From the NCBI RefSeq assembly GCF_003966335.1, contig NZ_CP034549.1:2840101-2872100 (forward strand): a stretch of DNA of 32,000 nt, written 5' to 3'. This document shows positions 8,826 through 19,600 of this stretch, one piece after another. Positions within the stretch are counted from its first letter, which is position 1. Each line of letters opens with the position of its first letter. The translations under genes and the position numbers were made by a program. The notes beneath the pieces are model-generated. The model saw nothing but the letters and a program-made list of their open reading frames with translations. It had not been told where the DNA came from and did not search any database. This DNA is from Nonlabens ponticola (GTDB lineage Bacteria > Bacteroidota > Bacteroidia > Flavobacteriales > Flavobacteriaceae).

Positions 8826-8934
8826 TCATCACCAAAACCATGACATGAATAATCAATCTTAACAAAAGAATAAGCATGTCAACAAAATAAGCGAGCCAAA
8901 AAAAGGTTGTAACCATACCTTAAAACCCTAAAAA

Positions 8935-9792
8935 ATGAAAAACTACCCAAAAGTAGTTGCTGCATCCCTTGTAGCTGCTGCAATGACAGTAAGTTGTGTA
9001 TCAAAGAAAAAATACACAGAACTTGAAAACGATTACAATAACACTCGATCAGAGCTTGTGAAAACTCGAGTAGCTAAAGAAGATCTTGAGGCAAGATTTG
9101 AGGCTATCGAACAACGCGTGGATCGCTACAACGAGAAAATCGCATCTCTACAAGCATCGCAAGAAGGCATGATGGTCAAGACTGCAGATGGTGACCTTGT
9201 GTTAAGCGATAAGAACAAGGCGGCCATGCGTCGTACATTACAAAATGTGCCTAGCGAAAAATTATCAGGAGCCACAACACTCAAGGACAGTGTAAATCTT
9301 GCCATATCATATAAAATGAGCCAGCGACTATCTGGCGTCAATGAAGGCAAGAACATTGACATGAAGATAGAAAACACCGTAGTCATGATTGAGATCGCCG
9401 ATGAAATGCTATTTAACGACAGTAGTTACCGTGTTGGCAACAAGGCGGATGATATCCTTGAAAAAATCGCACAAGTCGTCAATAGCGAGCCGTCACTAGA
9501 GGTTCTAATTGAAGGACATACCGATAGTCGCACTGTGCGAGAAGGCAGCTACATCAAAGACAATTGGGACCTGAGTACAGAACGTGCTGCGGCAATCGCT
9601 AGAAGATTGTCAACTAAATTTGAGGTGCCCAACGAGCAATTAATCGTTGCAGGTAGAGCAAGTTATGATCCAGTTGCAGCAAACGATAGCAATGAGAATC
9701 GAGCGCGCAACAGGAGAACCCAAATCATCATCATGCCAGATCTCGATAAATTCTTTGGAATGCTAGAAAGTGAGACTCAAATTGTTAATTAG
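8935..9792 (+). CDS. OmpA/MotB-domain lipoprotein with an N-terminal coiled coil
   Basis: 285-aa ORF with a lipobox-like AAMTVSC. It has a coiled segment (ELVKTRVAKEDLEARFEAIEQRVDRYNEKIASLQ). The C-terminal OmpA-like domain is EGHTDSRTV...ERAAAIARRL...NRARNRRTQIIIMP. Confidence 0.85.
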   Translation: MKNYPKVVAASLVAAAMTVSCVSKKKYTELENDYNNTRSELVKTRVAKEDLEARFEAIEQRVDRYNEKIASLQASQEGMMVKTADGDLVLSDKNKAAMRRTLQNVPSEKLSGATTLKDSVNLAISYKMSQRLSGVNEGKNIDMKIENTVVMIEIADEMLFNDSSYRVGNKADDILEKIAQVVNSEPSLEVLIEGHTDSRTVREGSYIKDNWDLSTERAAAIARRLSTKFEVPNEQLIVAGRASYDPVAANDSNENRARNRRTQIIIMPDLDKFFGMLESETQIVN

Positions 9793-9946
9793 CAATTCTT
9801 TTTAATTTTCATTGATCTTGTATTTAACACGCGGCCAGCTGACTCATGTATAACGCGCCGTTAAAGGCAAGGTCTAAATTGTTAAATATCCTTTAATCTA
9901 TTGGTAAACAAACGTTATGAGCGATGCGTGCGAGCGCATCCTCATA

Positions 9947-9954
9947 TACCTTTG
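9947..9954 (+). promoter_or_regulatory. Candidate Bacteroidetes -7 box (TAnnTTTG) for the fasciclin gene
   Basis: TACCTTTG lies 23 nt upstream of ATG 9977. I found no convincing -33 TTG. Confidence 0.3.
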
Positions 9955-9976
9955 ATTCACAATTAAATCAACAATT

Positions 9977-10630
9977 ATGAATTTTACAAAAGTATTGAGT
10001 ATCGCATTGATCGCAGGAACAGTTACACTTGTTTCCTGTAATGATGCAGAGAAAGAAAAAGCAGAAAAAGAAAAAATGGAAATGGAGCAGCGCGCAGCAG
10101 ACTCTGTAGCCATGGAAGAGCAAAAAATGAAAGAGCGTGAAGACAACGCAATGATGGTAGGTGGTGCAAAAATGTACCAAGATCAGACTATCGTTGAGAA
10201 TGCTTCAAAAGCTAACAACTTGACAACTCTTGTAGCGGCAGTAAAAGCAGCTGGTCTTGTAGAGACTCTTAACAGTGATGGTCCATTTACAGTATTTGCA
10301 CCGGTAGATGATGCATTTGCAGCACTACCTGATGGAACTGTAAGCACATTATTGAAGCCAGAGAACAAAGAAACTCTTTCTGGTATCTTAACTTACCACG
10401 TGGTAAGCGGTAACGTTGATGCAGCATCATTGACTAAAATGATTCAAGACAACAACGGTAGCGTAACTGTGGACACGGTAAACGGTGGTAAACTAACAGC
10501 AGCTATTGAAGGTGGTAATGTAGTTATTACTGATGCTAAAGGTGGAAAAGCAACTGTAGTAGTTGCAGACATCAAGCAATCTAATGGTGTAGTACATGCA
10601 GTAGATGCAGTATTGATGCCAGCTAGCTAG
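9977..10630 (+). CDS. Fasciclin (FAS1) domain lipoprotein
   Basis: 217-aa ORF with the lipobox LVSC. A K/E-rich linker follows. The FAS1 motifs are TVFAPVDDAFAALP and SNGVVHAVDAVLMP. Confidence 0.9.
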   Translation: MNFTKVLSIALIAGTVTLVSCNDAEKEKAEKEKMEMEQRAADSVAMEEQKMKEREDNAMMVGGAKMYQDQTIVENASKANNLTTLVAAVKAAGLVETLNSDGPFTVFAPVDDAFAALPDGTVSTLLKPENKETLSGILTYHVVSGNVDAASLTKMIQDNNGSVTVDTVNGGKLTAAIEGGNVVITDAKGGKATVVVADIKQSNGVVHAVDAVLMPAS

Positions 10631-10657
10631 GAGTTAACGTCCTTTTAAAAATTAGAA

Positions 10658-10686
10658 AGCCTGAAGCGATGCTTCAGGCTTTTTTT
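10658..10686. terminator. Bidirectional rho-independent terminator between convergent genes
   Basis: Perfect 10-bp stem: agcctgaagc (10658-10667) pairs with gcttcaggct (10671-10680), with a 3-nt loop. A T6 run follows on the plus strand. An A-run precedes it, which gives a T-rich tail on the minus strand. Confidence 0.85.
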
Positions 10687-10707
10687 ATGGTACACAATTA
10701 ATTGCTC

Positions 10708-13551
10708 TTACTTGATCAACTTTATATTCTTGATGTTAAGTTGTTTAAGTCGTTCAAATTGTGTGGCTGCATCGCCTACAATAACATAATACATAGCATC
10801 TGGATTGATGTACTGCTGGGCGAGAACCTTCACTTGCTCTACCGTTAAATTTCTAACATATTGTTGTTGCTGTAAGGCATAGTCTGCAGGTTTGTCAAAT
10901 GACTGCATCGTATTAAGTAATTGCAATTTTGCTCCTGCGGTTTCATACTCTCTGGCACTTGATTTGACCATGTAGCTCTTTGTCACCTCAAGATCCTGGT
11001 CACTATAAGAATTGGCATAGTTTCTCAATATATTTCTTATTAGAGCAGTTGACTCTAACGTGACATTGCTGCGCACACCACTGCTCAATGTAAATTCACC
11101 TAGGTCCTCGTTTCCTGTAAATCTAGAGCCTATGCCATAGGTGTAACCTTTTGCTTCACGCAACTGTTGCATCAATTGGCTTGCAAATCCACCACCGCCT
11201 AAACGATAGTTCATGACCTCTACCGCATAATAATCTGGATGCATCGCAGAAATTGATGGGTTCCCGAATCTCAATACCGATTGTTTTGCACCAGGAACAT
11301 CATAAAATAAAACGATTGGCTCACTAATGGCTGGTGCTGGGTCATAAACCGGTATTTCCATACCAACGGTCGTCCAGCGCTCATTTAAACTGGTTAATGA
11401 CTGACCGATGGAATCTTGATCTATATCACCTACCACCATAAAAGATGTATTTGATGGTGCCATCGCCGTTGCATAGTATTGCTTAAGGTCATTGATCGAC
11501 AAACTGCCAACTGTTTCTACTGTTCCTAGGCCGCTGTGTGATAATACGTGATCGTCACCGTAGAGCGCCTTATAATATTTAGAAGACGCGATGGCATTAG
11601 GATTACCCAGCTGCTCTTCAATAGCGCTCAAGGCTTGTTTCTTGAGTATTTCAAACTCTTCTTCATCCCAACGTGGTTGTAGCAGTATTTCTTCAACAAG
11701 CTCCATGGTTTTATCATAATTGCGTGCCAATGTGGTACCCGTAGTAGTGACTGATTCATTTCCTGCAAAAATATTGATGCTCGTTCCCAGATCATCAAGC
11801 GCTTCTTCTAGCTGTTGCACACTTTTATCTTGAGTTCCTTTAAGCATTAACAAGGCAGTTAGTCTAGCGGCACCAGCCTTATCTGCAGGCTCTAATAATT
11901 GTCCACCTGCTATTTCCATATTAAAAGTGACTAAGGGTACCTCGTCATTAGTAATCCCGTAGATCTTAATACCACTTGATAAACTATCAGTCCATACTTC
12001 TGGAACTTTTAGTGAAGGTTCTGCACCGTAAGCTGGTTCTATACTACGATCAAAGGACGATGGTGTTTTCTCGTAAGTTGCGACAACATTGGGATCCACA
12101 TTATCATTGGCATTATTGACAATTACTTCTTCTACTACCGTTGCCATTTTTGAATCTTTTAATGCTAGTGAACTAGCACCACGAGGCACAAAACTAGTAG
12201 CAATGTATGGTTTGTCCTTAATGTATTTTTTGAACACTCGATTCACATCATTTACCGTTACTGATTTGATGTTTTCAAGATCTTTGTTAATAAACGCAGC
12301 ATCGCCAGCAAAAATTTCATATTGTGCAAGCTGGAATCCCTTGCCAAGTACGCTGGAAAGACCGCGGTAAAATTGAGTCTCGTTTTGAGTCTTAATGCGT
12401 TCTAACGCTTCACTCGTGATTGGATTTTGATTATAATTTGCAAACGTATTCATCACTGCATCATGAACACTGTCTAGATCCACCTCCTCAAACGCTCTAA
12501 CGGTCAACTTTACATCGCCTGCAAGCTCACCAGAATTATTTCTCATGGATACACGGGTCGCCATATTCAAACTATCAATGAGTACTTGATTTAAAGGTGC
12601 TGCTTTACCGTCTGACATATATCTGACAAGCATATTAAGAGCATAGTAGTCCTTACTGTATTGCTTGACGCCAGGCCAGGTCATGCTCAATTGTGGCAAC
12701 CTGGCAAAGTTATCTTCATACATCAAGCGCTTTGAATTAGCTAATGCCACAGCAGGAACGCTTTGCTCTTCAAGCTTTTCTCCAGTTGGTATCTCACCAA
12801 AGTATTTTTCTATCCATTCTTTTGCCTGAGCTTTTTCAAAATCTCCTGCGATTGTGAGTACCGTATTTCTAGGCGTATAATACTTACCGTAAAATTGTTT
12901 AACATCTTCTAGCGTGGCGTTTTGTAAATCTTCCAGTGAGCCTATGACCTGCCAATGATATGGATGATTTTCAGGATACAGATTGCGATCGATTACATAA
13001 TCCTCGTGGCCATACGGTTGATTATCCACACCTTGACGCTTCTCGTTTTTTACCACTTGCTTTTCTTTGGCAAGCACTGGTTGAGTCACTGTATTGATAA
13101 AATACCCAAGTTTATCAGCCTCTGCCCAGATCATTTTTTCTAGCGCATCATTAGGTACCGTCTGGTAATAATTTGTCCTATCCCGATTTGTGGAACCGTT
13201 GGCACCAGATCCACCTATGCGAGCACTCATGGCGTCCAAACCACCTCTTCCCAGGTTTTCAGATTCCAGGAATAGTAGATGTTCAAATAAGTGTGCAAAA
13301 CCTGTACGTCCCTTTACTTCTCTCGCACTACCTACATGTGTTGTTAGCGCCACTGCCACGACTGGATCAGACGTATCAGTATGTAGCACTACGGTCAGTC
13401 CATTATCAAGCGTGTATTTCTCGATGTTTACATCAAGCGATTCATTAGTGGTTGTAGATTCCTCGTTCTTTTGCTTGCATGAGGTGATAAAAAAGGCAAG
13501 CAAGACTAGTAATAACGCTGAGTGCTTTAACATGGTGGTTATATTTTTCAT
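10708..13551 (-). CDS. M16 (pitrilysin/insulinase) family zinc peptidase, two-unit form, probably a lipoprotein
   Basis: 947-aa ORF with signal/lipobox LLAFFITSC. The inverted zinc motif HxxEH is present as HLFEHLLF. The length fits two tandem M16 halves. Confidence 0.9.
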   Translation of the reverse strand: MKNITTMLKHSALLLVLLAFFITSCKQKNEESTTTNESLDVNIEKYTLDNGLTVVLHTDTSDPVVAVALTTHVGSAREVKGRTGFAHLFEHLLFLESENLGRGGLDAMSARIGGSGANGSTNRDRTNYYQTVPNDALEKMIWAEADKLGYFINTVTQPVLAKEKQVVKNEKRQGVDNQPYGHEDYVIDRNLYPENHPYHWQVIGSLEDLQNATLEDVKQFYGKYYTPRNTVLTIAGDFEKAQAKEWIEKYFGEIPTGEKLEEQSVPAVALANSKRLMYEDNFARLPQLSMTWPGVKQYSKDYYALNMLVRYMSDGKAAPLNQVLIDSLNMATRVSMRNNSGELAGDVKLTVRAFEEVDLDSVHDAVMNTFANYNQNPITSEALERIKTQNETQFYRGLSSVLGKGFQLAQYEIFAGDAAFINKDLENIKSVTVNDVNRVFKKYIKDKPYIATSFVPRGASSLALKDSKMATVVEEVIVNNANDNVDPNVVATYEKTPSSFDRSIEPAYGAEPSLKVPEVWTDSLSSGIKIYGITNDEVPLVTFNMEIAGGQLLEPADKAGAARLTALLMLKGTQDKSVQQLEEALDDLGTSINIFAGNESVTTTGTTLARNYDKTMELVEEILLQPRWDEEEFEILKKQALSAIEEQLGNPNAIASSKYYKALYGDDHVLSHSGLGTVETVGSLSINDLKQYYATAMAPSNTSFMVVGDIDQDSIGQSLTSLNERWTTVGMEIPVYDPAPAISEPIVLFYDVPGAKQSVLRFGNPSISAMHPDYYAVEVMNYRLGGGGFASQLMQQLREAKGYTYGIGSRFTGNEDLGEFTLSSGVRSNVTLESTALIRNILRNYANSYSDQDLEVTKSYMVKSSAREYETAGAKLQLLNTMQSFDKPADYALQQQQYVRNLTVEQVKVLAQQYINPDAMYYVIVGDAATQFERLKQLNIKNIKLIK

Positions 13552-13579
13552 GATATGAAATTAAGTGAACTGCATAAAT

Positions 13580-13602
13580 AAAGCCGCTATGATAGCGGCT
13601 TT
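13580..13602 (-). terminator. Hairpin terminator candidate at the end of the adhesin-porP-ompA transcription unit
   Basis: 10-bp perfect stem: aaagccgcta (13580-13589) pairs with tagcggcttt (13593-13602), with a 3-nt loop. On the minus strand it is followed by atttat. It lies about 50 nt downstream of the stop at 13654. Confidence 0.55.
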
Positions 13603-13623
13603 TGTTACAATGATTTTTATGGA

Positions 13624-13645
13624 TTACGCTTTCGCGAAAGCGTAA
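13624..13645. repeat. Intergenic palindrome family, copy 3 (perfect 22-nt palindrome)
   Basis: TTACGCTTTCGCGAAAGCGTAA. It lies 9 nt downstream of the stop of the 13654-15633 gene. Confidence 0.9.
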
Positions 13646-13653
13646 CAAGGCAT

Positions 13654-15633
13654 CTACCTCTCTACAATTATAAACTCTGATCTTCTATTGAGTTGGTGCT
13701 GCTCTTCACTACACTTAACTCCATTAGAACACTCATTGATAAGTTGGTACTCGCCATAACCTTTGGAGGTTAATCGACTCGCATCAACACCTTTTGAGAT
13801 AAGGTAGTTCATGGTACTCATTGCGCGACGGCTGGATAATTTCTCATTGTAATCATCATTACCTCGACTGTCAGTATGTGACCTTATATCGATTTTCATG
13901 GTAGGATTATCCTCTAGGACGGCAAGAACTTTTTGTAGTTCAAGCTCTGCATCCTCACGTATGAATGAACGATCAAAGTCAAAATAAATAGGATTGAGAT
14001 TCAATAGTTTTGCAAGATCGTCACCTACTTTACCTGTAATCGTTGTAGGCTGTAGCGCTAAAGGAACATCAATATTGCTTGTTACTGTTGGAGTGTTTAC
14101 AAGCTCCTCTGCAGTGTTGTAAGCTCGTTTTTCACCTCGAACAAAATAAGTCTTATCACAAGCTAATTTAAAAGCAAATTTACCGTTGTCTCTGGTCCTA
14201 CGAGACGCCACGATATTATTATTGACATCAATCACGTTTATTACGGCGTTTTCTAAAGGTACTCCAGTTTGCTTATCGGTAATTGTGCCGGTAACGAACT
14301 GCTCACAAGTTTCACGCAAATCCTCTAATTGAATGAAGCGATAGATTTCATCATCATTACCGCCACCTATCCTATTAGAACTGAAATAGCCAGTGTCATT
14401 ACCTTCATCAATTATAAATGCAAAATCATCGTCAGTACTATTTGCAGGCTCGCCTATGTTTACTGGATTACTCAAACTGCCATCGTCATTAATTGTACTC
14501 ACAAAAATATCTAGACCACCTAGTCCTTGTAAACCATTACTGGCAAAGTACAGATTGCCGCTACGGCTGATGTAGGGATAGCTTTCACGGCCTTCTGTAT
14601 TAATTGGTGACATATTCTCTGGCTCGCCATAGCTACCGTCTTCATTAATAGCGACGCGCCATATGTCAGTTTCTTTAAATTTGCTTTCCATACCCATAGT
14701 TCCCAGCATATTGCTTGAGAAATAAAGGTATTTACCATCTGGTGTTAGTGCTGGATGTGATGTGGTGTAATCTTCATCAGAGAATGGTGTTCTTTCAGGT
14801 CTGGACCATTTACCATCTTTTTTAACTGATTTGAAAATCTGTAAACGATTGACATTTTCATCGTCGCGCTCGAGATCACCTTTCTGGTAATTATTCCTGG
14901 TGAAATACATGGTATTCAAATCTGCAGTAAAGGTTGGCGTGCTCTCATGTAGTATTGAGTTGATGCGCTTGTCAAACTTTTCTGGGTTTGATAGTTTACC
15001 TTCAGCATCTCTATCTGCGATGTATAGATCAAGAAAATAGCGCTCATTCCAAGAATGGGTTCTTTTGTAAAAAACTCCAGTATCACGGGCACTTGCAAAA
15101 ACGACTTTATCAGGACCATAATAAGCCGTCCCAAAATCTTGCTCGTCACTATTGACAGAAACTTTTTCTACCTCAAACCTACCTTTTTGAAAATCGATAA
15201 TAGTTAAAAAATTAGGCATATTGCGAGCCGCACTAAGCCTTGAATCCTTAAGACCTACTACATTGAATCCAGATAATATTTGATTTGCCTTATCGTATTG
15301 CTTATCGCTTTTAAGTGCCTGTGCATATCTAAAGAAATATACTGTAGGAATGCTTTTTTGATCTAGTTTAAATAGCTGATTATACCATTTTAAAGCATTA
15401 CTATAATCGTTATTGAAATAGTAAGAATCACCGAGATTTGAAAATATCTCAACACTCTTAAAACCACGATCTGCCATACGCTGATAGATGTCACGTGCCT
15501 CAATAAACGCGTACTTCTCTACCTTGCGCTCTGCTCGTGGTGAGTCTGCTTTTTGCGCCTGCGCAAAGGTCACTACTAGAAAAAACAGAATAACGGGAAC
15601 CCTAAGCAAGTTTTTCAAGTTGTGTTTTTTCAT
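13654..15633 (-). CDS. OmpA family protein with TPR, PD40/TolB-like beta-propeller, CarboxypepD_reg-like and C-terminal OmpA domains
   Basis: 659-aa ORF with a signal peptide. It has a TPR-like N-terminus and PD40-like repeats (YFSSNMLG..., YFASNGLQGLGGLDIF, GYFSSNRIGG). A transthyretin-like segment follows (GTITDKQTGVPLENAVINV). The OmpA domain is SHTDSRGNDDYNEKLSSRRA...NRRSEFIIV. Confidence 0.88.
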   Translation of the reverse strand: MKKHNLKNLLRVPVILFFLVVTFAQAQKADSPRAERKVEKYAFIEARDIYQRMADRGFKSVEIFSNLGDSYYFNNDYSNALKWYNQLFKLDQKSIPTVYFFRYAQALKSDKQYDKANQILSGFNVVGLKDSRLSAARNMPNFLTIIDFQKGRFEVEKVSVNSDEQDFGTAYYGPDKVVFASARDTGVFYKRTHSWNERYFLDLYIADRDAEGKLSNPEKFDKRINSILHESTPTFTADLNTMYFTRNNYQKGDLERDDENVNRLQIFKSVKKDGKWSRPERTPFSDEDYTTSHPALTPDGKYLYFSSNMLGTMGMESKFKETDIWRVAINEDGSYGEPENMSPINTEGRESYPYISRSGNLYFASNGLQGLGGLDIFVSTINDDGSLSNPVNIGEPANSTDDDFAFIIDEGNDTGYFSSNRIGGGNDDEIYRFIQLEDLRETCEQFVTGTITDKQTGVPLENAVINVIDVNNNIVASRRTRDNGKFAFKLACDKTYFVRGEKRAYNTAEELVNTPTVTSNIDVPLALQPTTITGKVGDDLAKLLNLNPIYFDFDRSFIREDAELELQKVLAVLEDNPTMKIDIRSHTDSRGNDDYNEKLSSRRAMSTMNYLISKGVDASRLTSKGYGEYQLINECSNGVKCSEEQHQLNRRSEFIIVER

Positions 15634-15635
15634 GA

Positions 15636-16598
15636 TTAAAAGAATCTAGGAGTCAATAGCTTATCGTAATCTCTAGTAAGTTCATACCTTAAGAATACCT
15701 CAAAACTACCGTCGTTGAATTGAGTGTTACCTAAATCTGTAGTTTCACGATCGTAAGCCAATCCTATTTGAAATTGATTACTTATCTGATACCCAAGTAA
15801 GCCACTTACCGCAGCATCCCATCTGTAAGCAGCTCCTAATGTAAGTCGCTCATTAATCAAAAAGTTTGCAGTTACATCGACTTGTAAAGGTGCTCCTGAG
15901 ACTGCCTTGATCATTGTGCTAGGCTTGAACATCAAATTGGGATTGATGTCAAATACATATCCTGATGTCAAATAATAATGAATACGTTCTCTTGCTACAA
16001 AGGATGCCGTATTGTTGTTATTGGACTCTTCAAAATGCTCATTGCGCAATAAATTGGGTGCACTCAAACCTGCATAAAACTTGTCGGTATGAAAGTAAAT
16101 ACCTGTACCAATATTAGGCGAAAGCTTGTTGTCGATGTTTTGCTCAAAAGCTGCATCATCTAAATCAAAACGCTGCAATTCATCAAAGTTTACGTCCAGG
16201 ACGTGCGCACCTAATTTGACCCCAAAGCTAAGCTTGCTATTGTAACCTGTATCAATGGTATAACTAACATCACCATTAAAGTAAGTCTCGCTGGTAGGTC
16301 CTAGCTTATCGTTGACAATAGAAAGTCCTAATCCTACTTTACCAAACCCAACTGGACTGTGTAAACTTAGACTTTGAGTTTCTGGAGCACCGTCGAGACC
16401 TACCCACTGACTTCTGTGCAACAGTATTGCACTGAACATACCTCTGTTTCCTGCGTATGCTGGATTTATAGACAAAGTGTTGTACATATACTGTGTGTAC
16501 TGTGCATCCTGTTGCGCTATTCCTTTAATAGAAAGAGAAAAGAGAAACACGGCTATCAAATATTTCATCGATTGTATTTTGTTATTAGTATATCTCAT
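15636..16598 (-). CDS. PorP/SprF family type IX secretion system membrane protein
   Basis: 320-aa ORF. The hallmark N-terminus is AQQDAQYTQYMYNTLSINPAYAGNRG, followed by a beta-barrel pattern. The start is more likely ATG 16568 (MKYLIAVFLF...). Its stop lies 2 nt from the start of the downstream OmpA-family gene. Confidence 0.9.
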   Translation of the reverse strand: MRYTNNKIQSMKYLIAVFLFSLSIKGIAQQDAQYTQYMYNTLSINPAYAGNRGMFSAILLHRSQWVGLDGAPETQSLSLHSPVGFGKVGLGLSIVNDKLGPTSETYFNGDVSYTIDTGYNSKLSFGVKLGAHVLDVNFDELQRFDLDDAAFEQNIDNKLSPNIGTGIYFHTDKFYAGLSAPNLLRNEHFEESNNNNTASFVARERIHYYLTSGYVFDINPNLMFKPSTMIKAVSGAPLQVDVTANFLINERLTLGAAYRWDAAVSGLLGYQISNQFQIGLAYDRETTDLGNTQFNDGSFEVFLRYELTRDYDKLLTPRFF

Positions 16599-16603
16599 TA
16601 TTT

Positions 16604-19600
16604 CTATCTCTGTATATAAATGTAACCTGCTACTGACTTGCGTTCACCGCTTTCATCATCCTGGTAATTGAGAACGTAGTAATAGGTTCCTACAGGTAAT
16701 TCTTCTCCTTGCTGGATTGTTGCTCTACCTTCAGATATTCCTCTAAATACATTACCGTTGACCCCATAGCTTTCGGTTTCATAGACTAGCACACCCCAAC
16801 GATTGAAAATTTGTAAATCATTAGTTGAGAAACAGTCTAGATTTTCAATGACTAAGAAGTCATTTCTAGAGTTACCATCTGGAGAAATTCCGTTGTAAAC
16901 TATTGGTTCACCGCAGACAACTTCTTCATCAAATTCTAAATAATCAAAGATTCCATCGCCATCAGTATCTCTCGTGTTTCCAGTGTTAGGATTTTGATCA
17001 TTATCTGGATCTGGACCTTCGTCGATAGTATCAAAAGCATCACCATCATCATTATCATCTAGATAATCAGGAATACCATCACCATCGGTATCTTGATCTA
17101 CTGGATTATCATCACCATCATAATCTTCAAATACTGTATTCACCGTATCTCCATCATCGTCAATATCGCGATAATCCACGTCCTCAGTACCGTCTAGATC
17201 TGGAAGCTCAGATGGATCACCATCTAATTCTAGACCATCTGGATCACCATATCCAGAAGTATCACCATCATAAGCATCATTAAGACCATCGTTGTCAATG
17301 TCTTGATCACTTGGTGAAACGTCTGCAATACCATCGTGATCAAAATCATGACCTTCTAACCTATCCAATACATTATCATTATCTGAATCAGAATCGATAT
17401 AATCTTGAAGATCGTCGCCATCAAAGTTGAATTCTTCGATTGGTGAGCCATTGGTATCATAAGCATCATCAACACCGTTATTATCTTCATCTTGACCTGA
17501 TGGACTTATATAGTCAAATGTATCTTGAGACTCTACATTATCTGTAATACCATCATTATCAGAGTCTTGATCAAGATAATCAGGCAGTAAATCTGTATCA
17601 GTTTCTCGTGGTGCTGTTGAAACACCGTTACCGTCGATACCATCATCTTCTACCGCATCAGGTATACCATTCACACCTTCTGGCCCGTCAACCATACCGT
17701 CGTTATCAGCATCAAGTGCAGAGTTTCCTGTCTCATTGACATCATAGATACCGTCATTATCGCTGTCAAGGTCTAAATGATTTGATATTCCATCACCATC
17801 AGTATCAAATTCTGGGTTTACTGCATTGTCATCGTCACCAACAGTTGGATCGTTATCATCGTCATCTAGGTATGCAGGTACGCCGTCACCGTCGTTGTCG
17901 ATATCAGGATTTGATCCTACTTCTACAATATCAGGAATACCATCATTATCGTCGTCTTCGTCAAATAGATTAGTATCGTCGGTAGCGTCAAGATAGTTAG
18001 GCGTACCGTCTCCATCAGTATCATCATTGGTTGGATCGCCGTCATTATCCACATCTTCACCTTGTTCAGGATCATTATCGTCACCACCACCTTCAAAAGT
18101 TAATAATCCATCATCATCATCATCCCTATCACGGAAATCTGGGTTGTCATTTGCTCCATCTCTATTAGGTAAATCGAATGGATTGTCAATGACTAATAAA
18201 CCGTTAGGGTCTTCAAAATCTCCCAATGATCCGTCATATGCGTCATCCAATCCGTCACCATCATTATCTACACCAGATGGATCTACATCCGCCACACCAT
18301 CTGCGTTGTAGTCACTACCCTCGATGGAGTCAGGCACATTATCATTATCAGAATCAAGATCTAGATAATCAGGAAGTTCGTCTCCACCATCATCATCATT
18401 ACCATTGTCAAAATCCTCATCTGTGTTGACTGGCTCAATAGGTGCACCATTAGTATCATAGGCATCGTCAACTCCGTTAGAATCAGAATCCATCCCTGAT
18501 GGTAAGATATAATCAGCTGATGATTGAGATTCAATGTTATCTGTAATTCCGTCGCCATCAGAGTCCTGATCCTTATAATTAGGGATGTCATCATCGTCGA
18601 GATCAGACTCAAGAGGATCATCGCCAACACCATTTCCATCAACTCCATCATCCTCGGCAGCATCAGGAATACCATTAACGCCTGCAGGACCGTCTACCAT
18701 ACCATCATTGTCTACATCTAGATCTGAATTACCAGTTTCTACCACATCATAAATTCCGTCGTCGTCTACATCTAGATCTAATTGGTTAGGTATACCATCG
18801 CCATCCAAGTCTAATGATGGATCAAACAAGCCATCTTCATTTCCTACAAAGAAGTCGTTATCATCATCATCAAGATAGCTGGGAACACCATCTCCATCGT
18901 TATCTATATCTGGATCAAAGCCATCTAGTTCTTCTATATCCGTGATACCGTCATTATCGTCATCCAAATCAATATTATCTGGAATAGAGTCATTATCTCT
19001 ATCTATAGACACGATTGTAGGATCATCTGGCTCTCCATCATTGTTTTCATCGAAGTCATTTGGATTGTTTGGATCATCAGACGTATCTGTAACATCAACA
19101 CCATTAACATCTTCTCCGATACCGATTAAGGAGTTGATTGCGCGGTTATTTCTAACGTCATCTTCGTCAATTGTTTGAGTCACGGTTGCTATTACGCTTT
19201 CGCCAGGAGCTATACTATTGAATGTATCAGGCATTATGCTACCCGCATCCGCATTATCGTCTGATATCACAACATCTGTAAGAGTGATATTTCCTGTGTT
19301 TGTTATTACAATGTCATATGTAATAACGTCACCAATATTTCTGAAGAATTGCTCACGAGCAGCCTTAGTGATGCTCATCGAACTTTTCTGTCCCAGGTCC
19401 GTATCCGTTGGATCGTCGCCCACGTTGCTGTCATCATCCGAGTCATCACTTACCGTGTTGCCATCCGGAGTCTCTCCGCTCACCACTGCCTGGTTGCGTA
19501 CAAAGCCGCGGTCGATGTCATCCTGAGTGATCGTATAGCTACCCGTAAAGGTCGTATCGTCAAAGGCTCCCGGTGACAGGCTAGCGATAGGACCGCCGCT

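Noticed and set aside
13445-13648. 67-aa minus-strand ORF (MLRFRESVIHKN...) in the spacer between the OmpA-family and M16 genes.
   Set aside because: It starts inside the 22-nt palindrome (RFRES is a translation of CGCTTTCGCGAAAGC). It spans the terminator hairpin and runs into the M16 gene start in another frame. It is the typical spurious ORF created by the repeat.
564-15149. Numerous 60-128-aa ORFs on the strand opposite dnaG, era, the MscS gene, the M16 peptidase, the OmpA-family gene and others.
   Set aside because: All are nested antisense or out of frame within long, well-supported genes. They have no recognisable motifs or signals.
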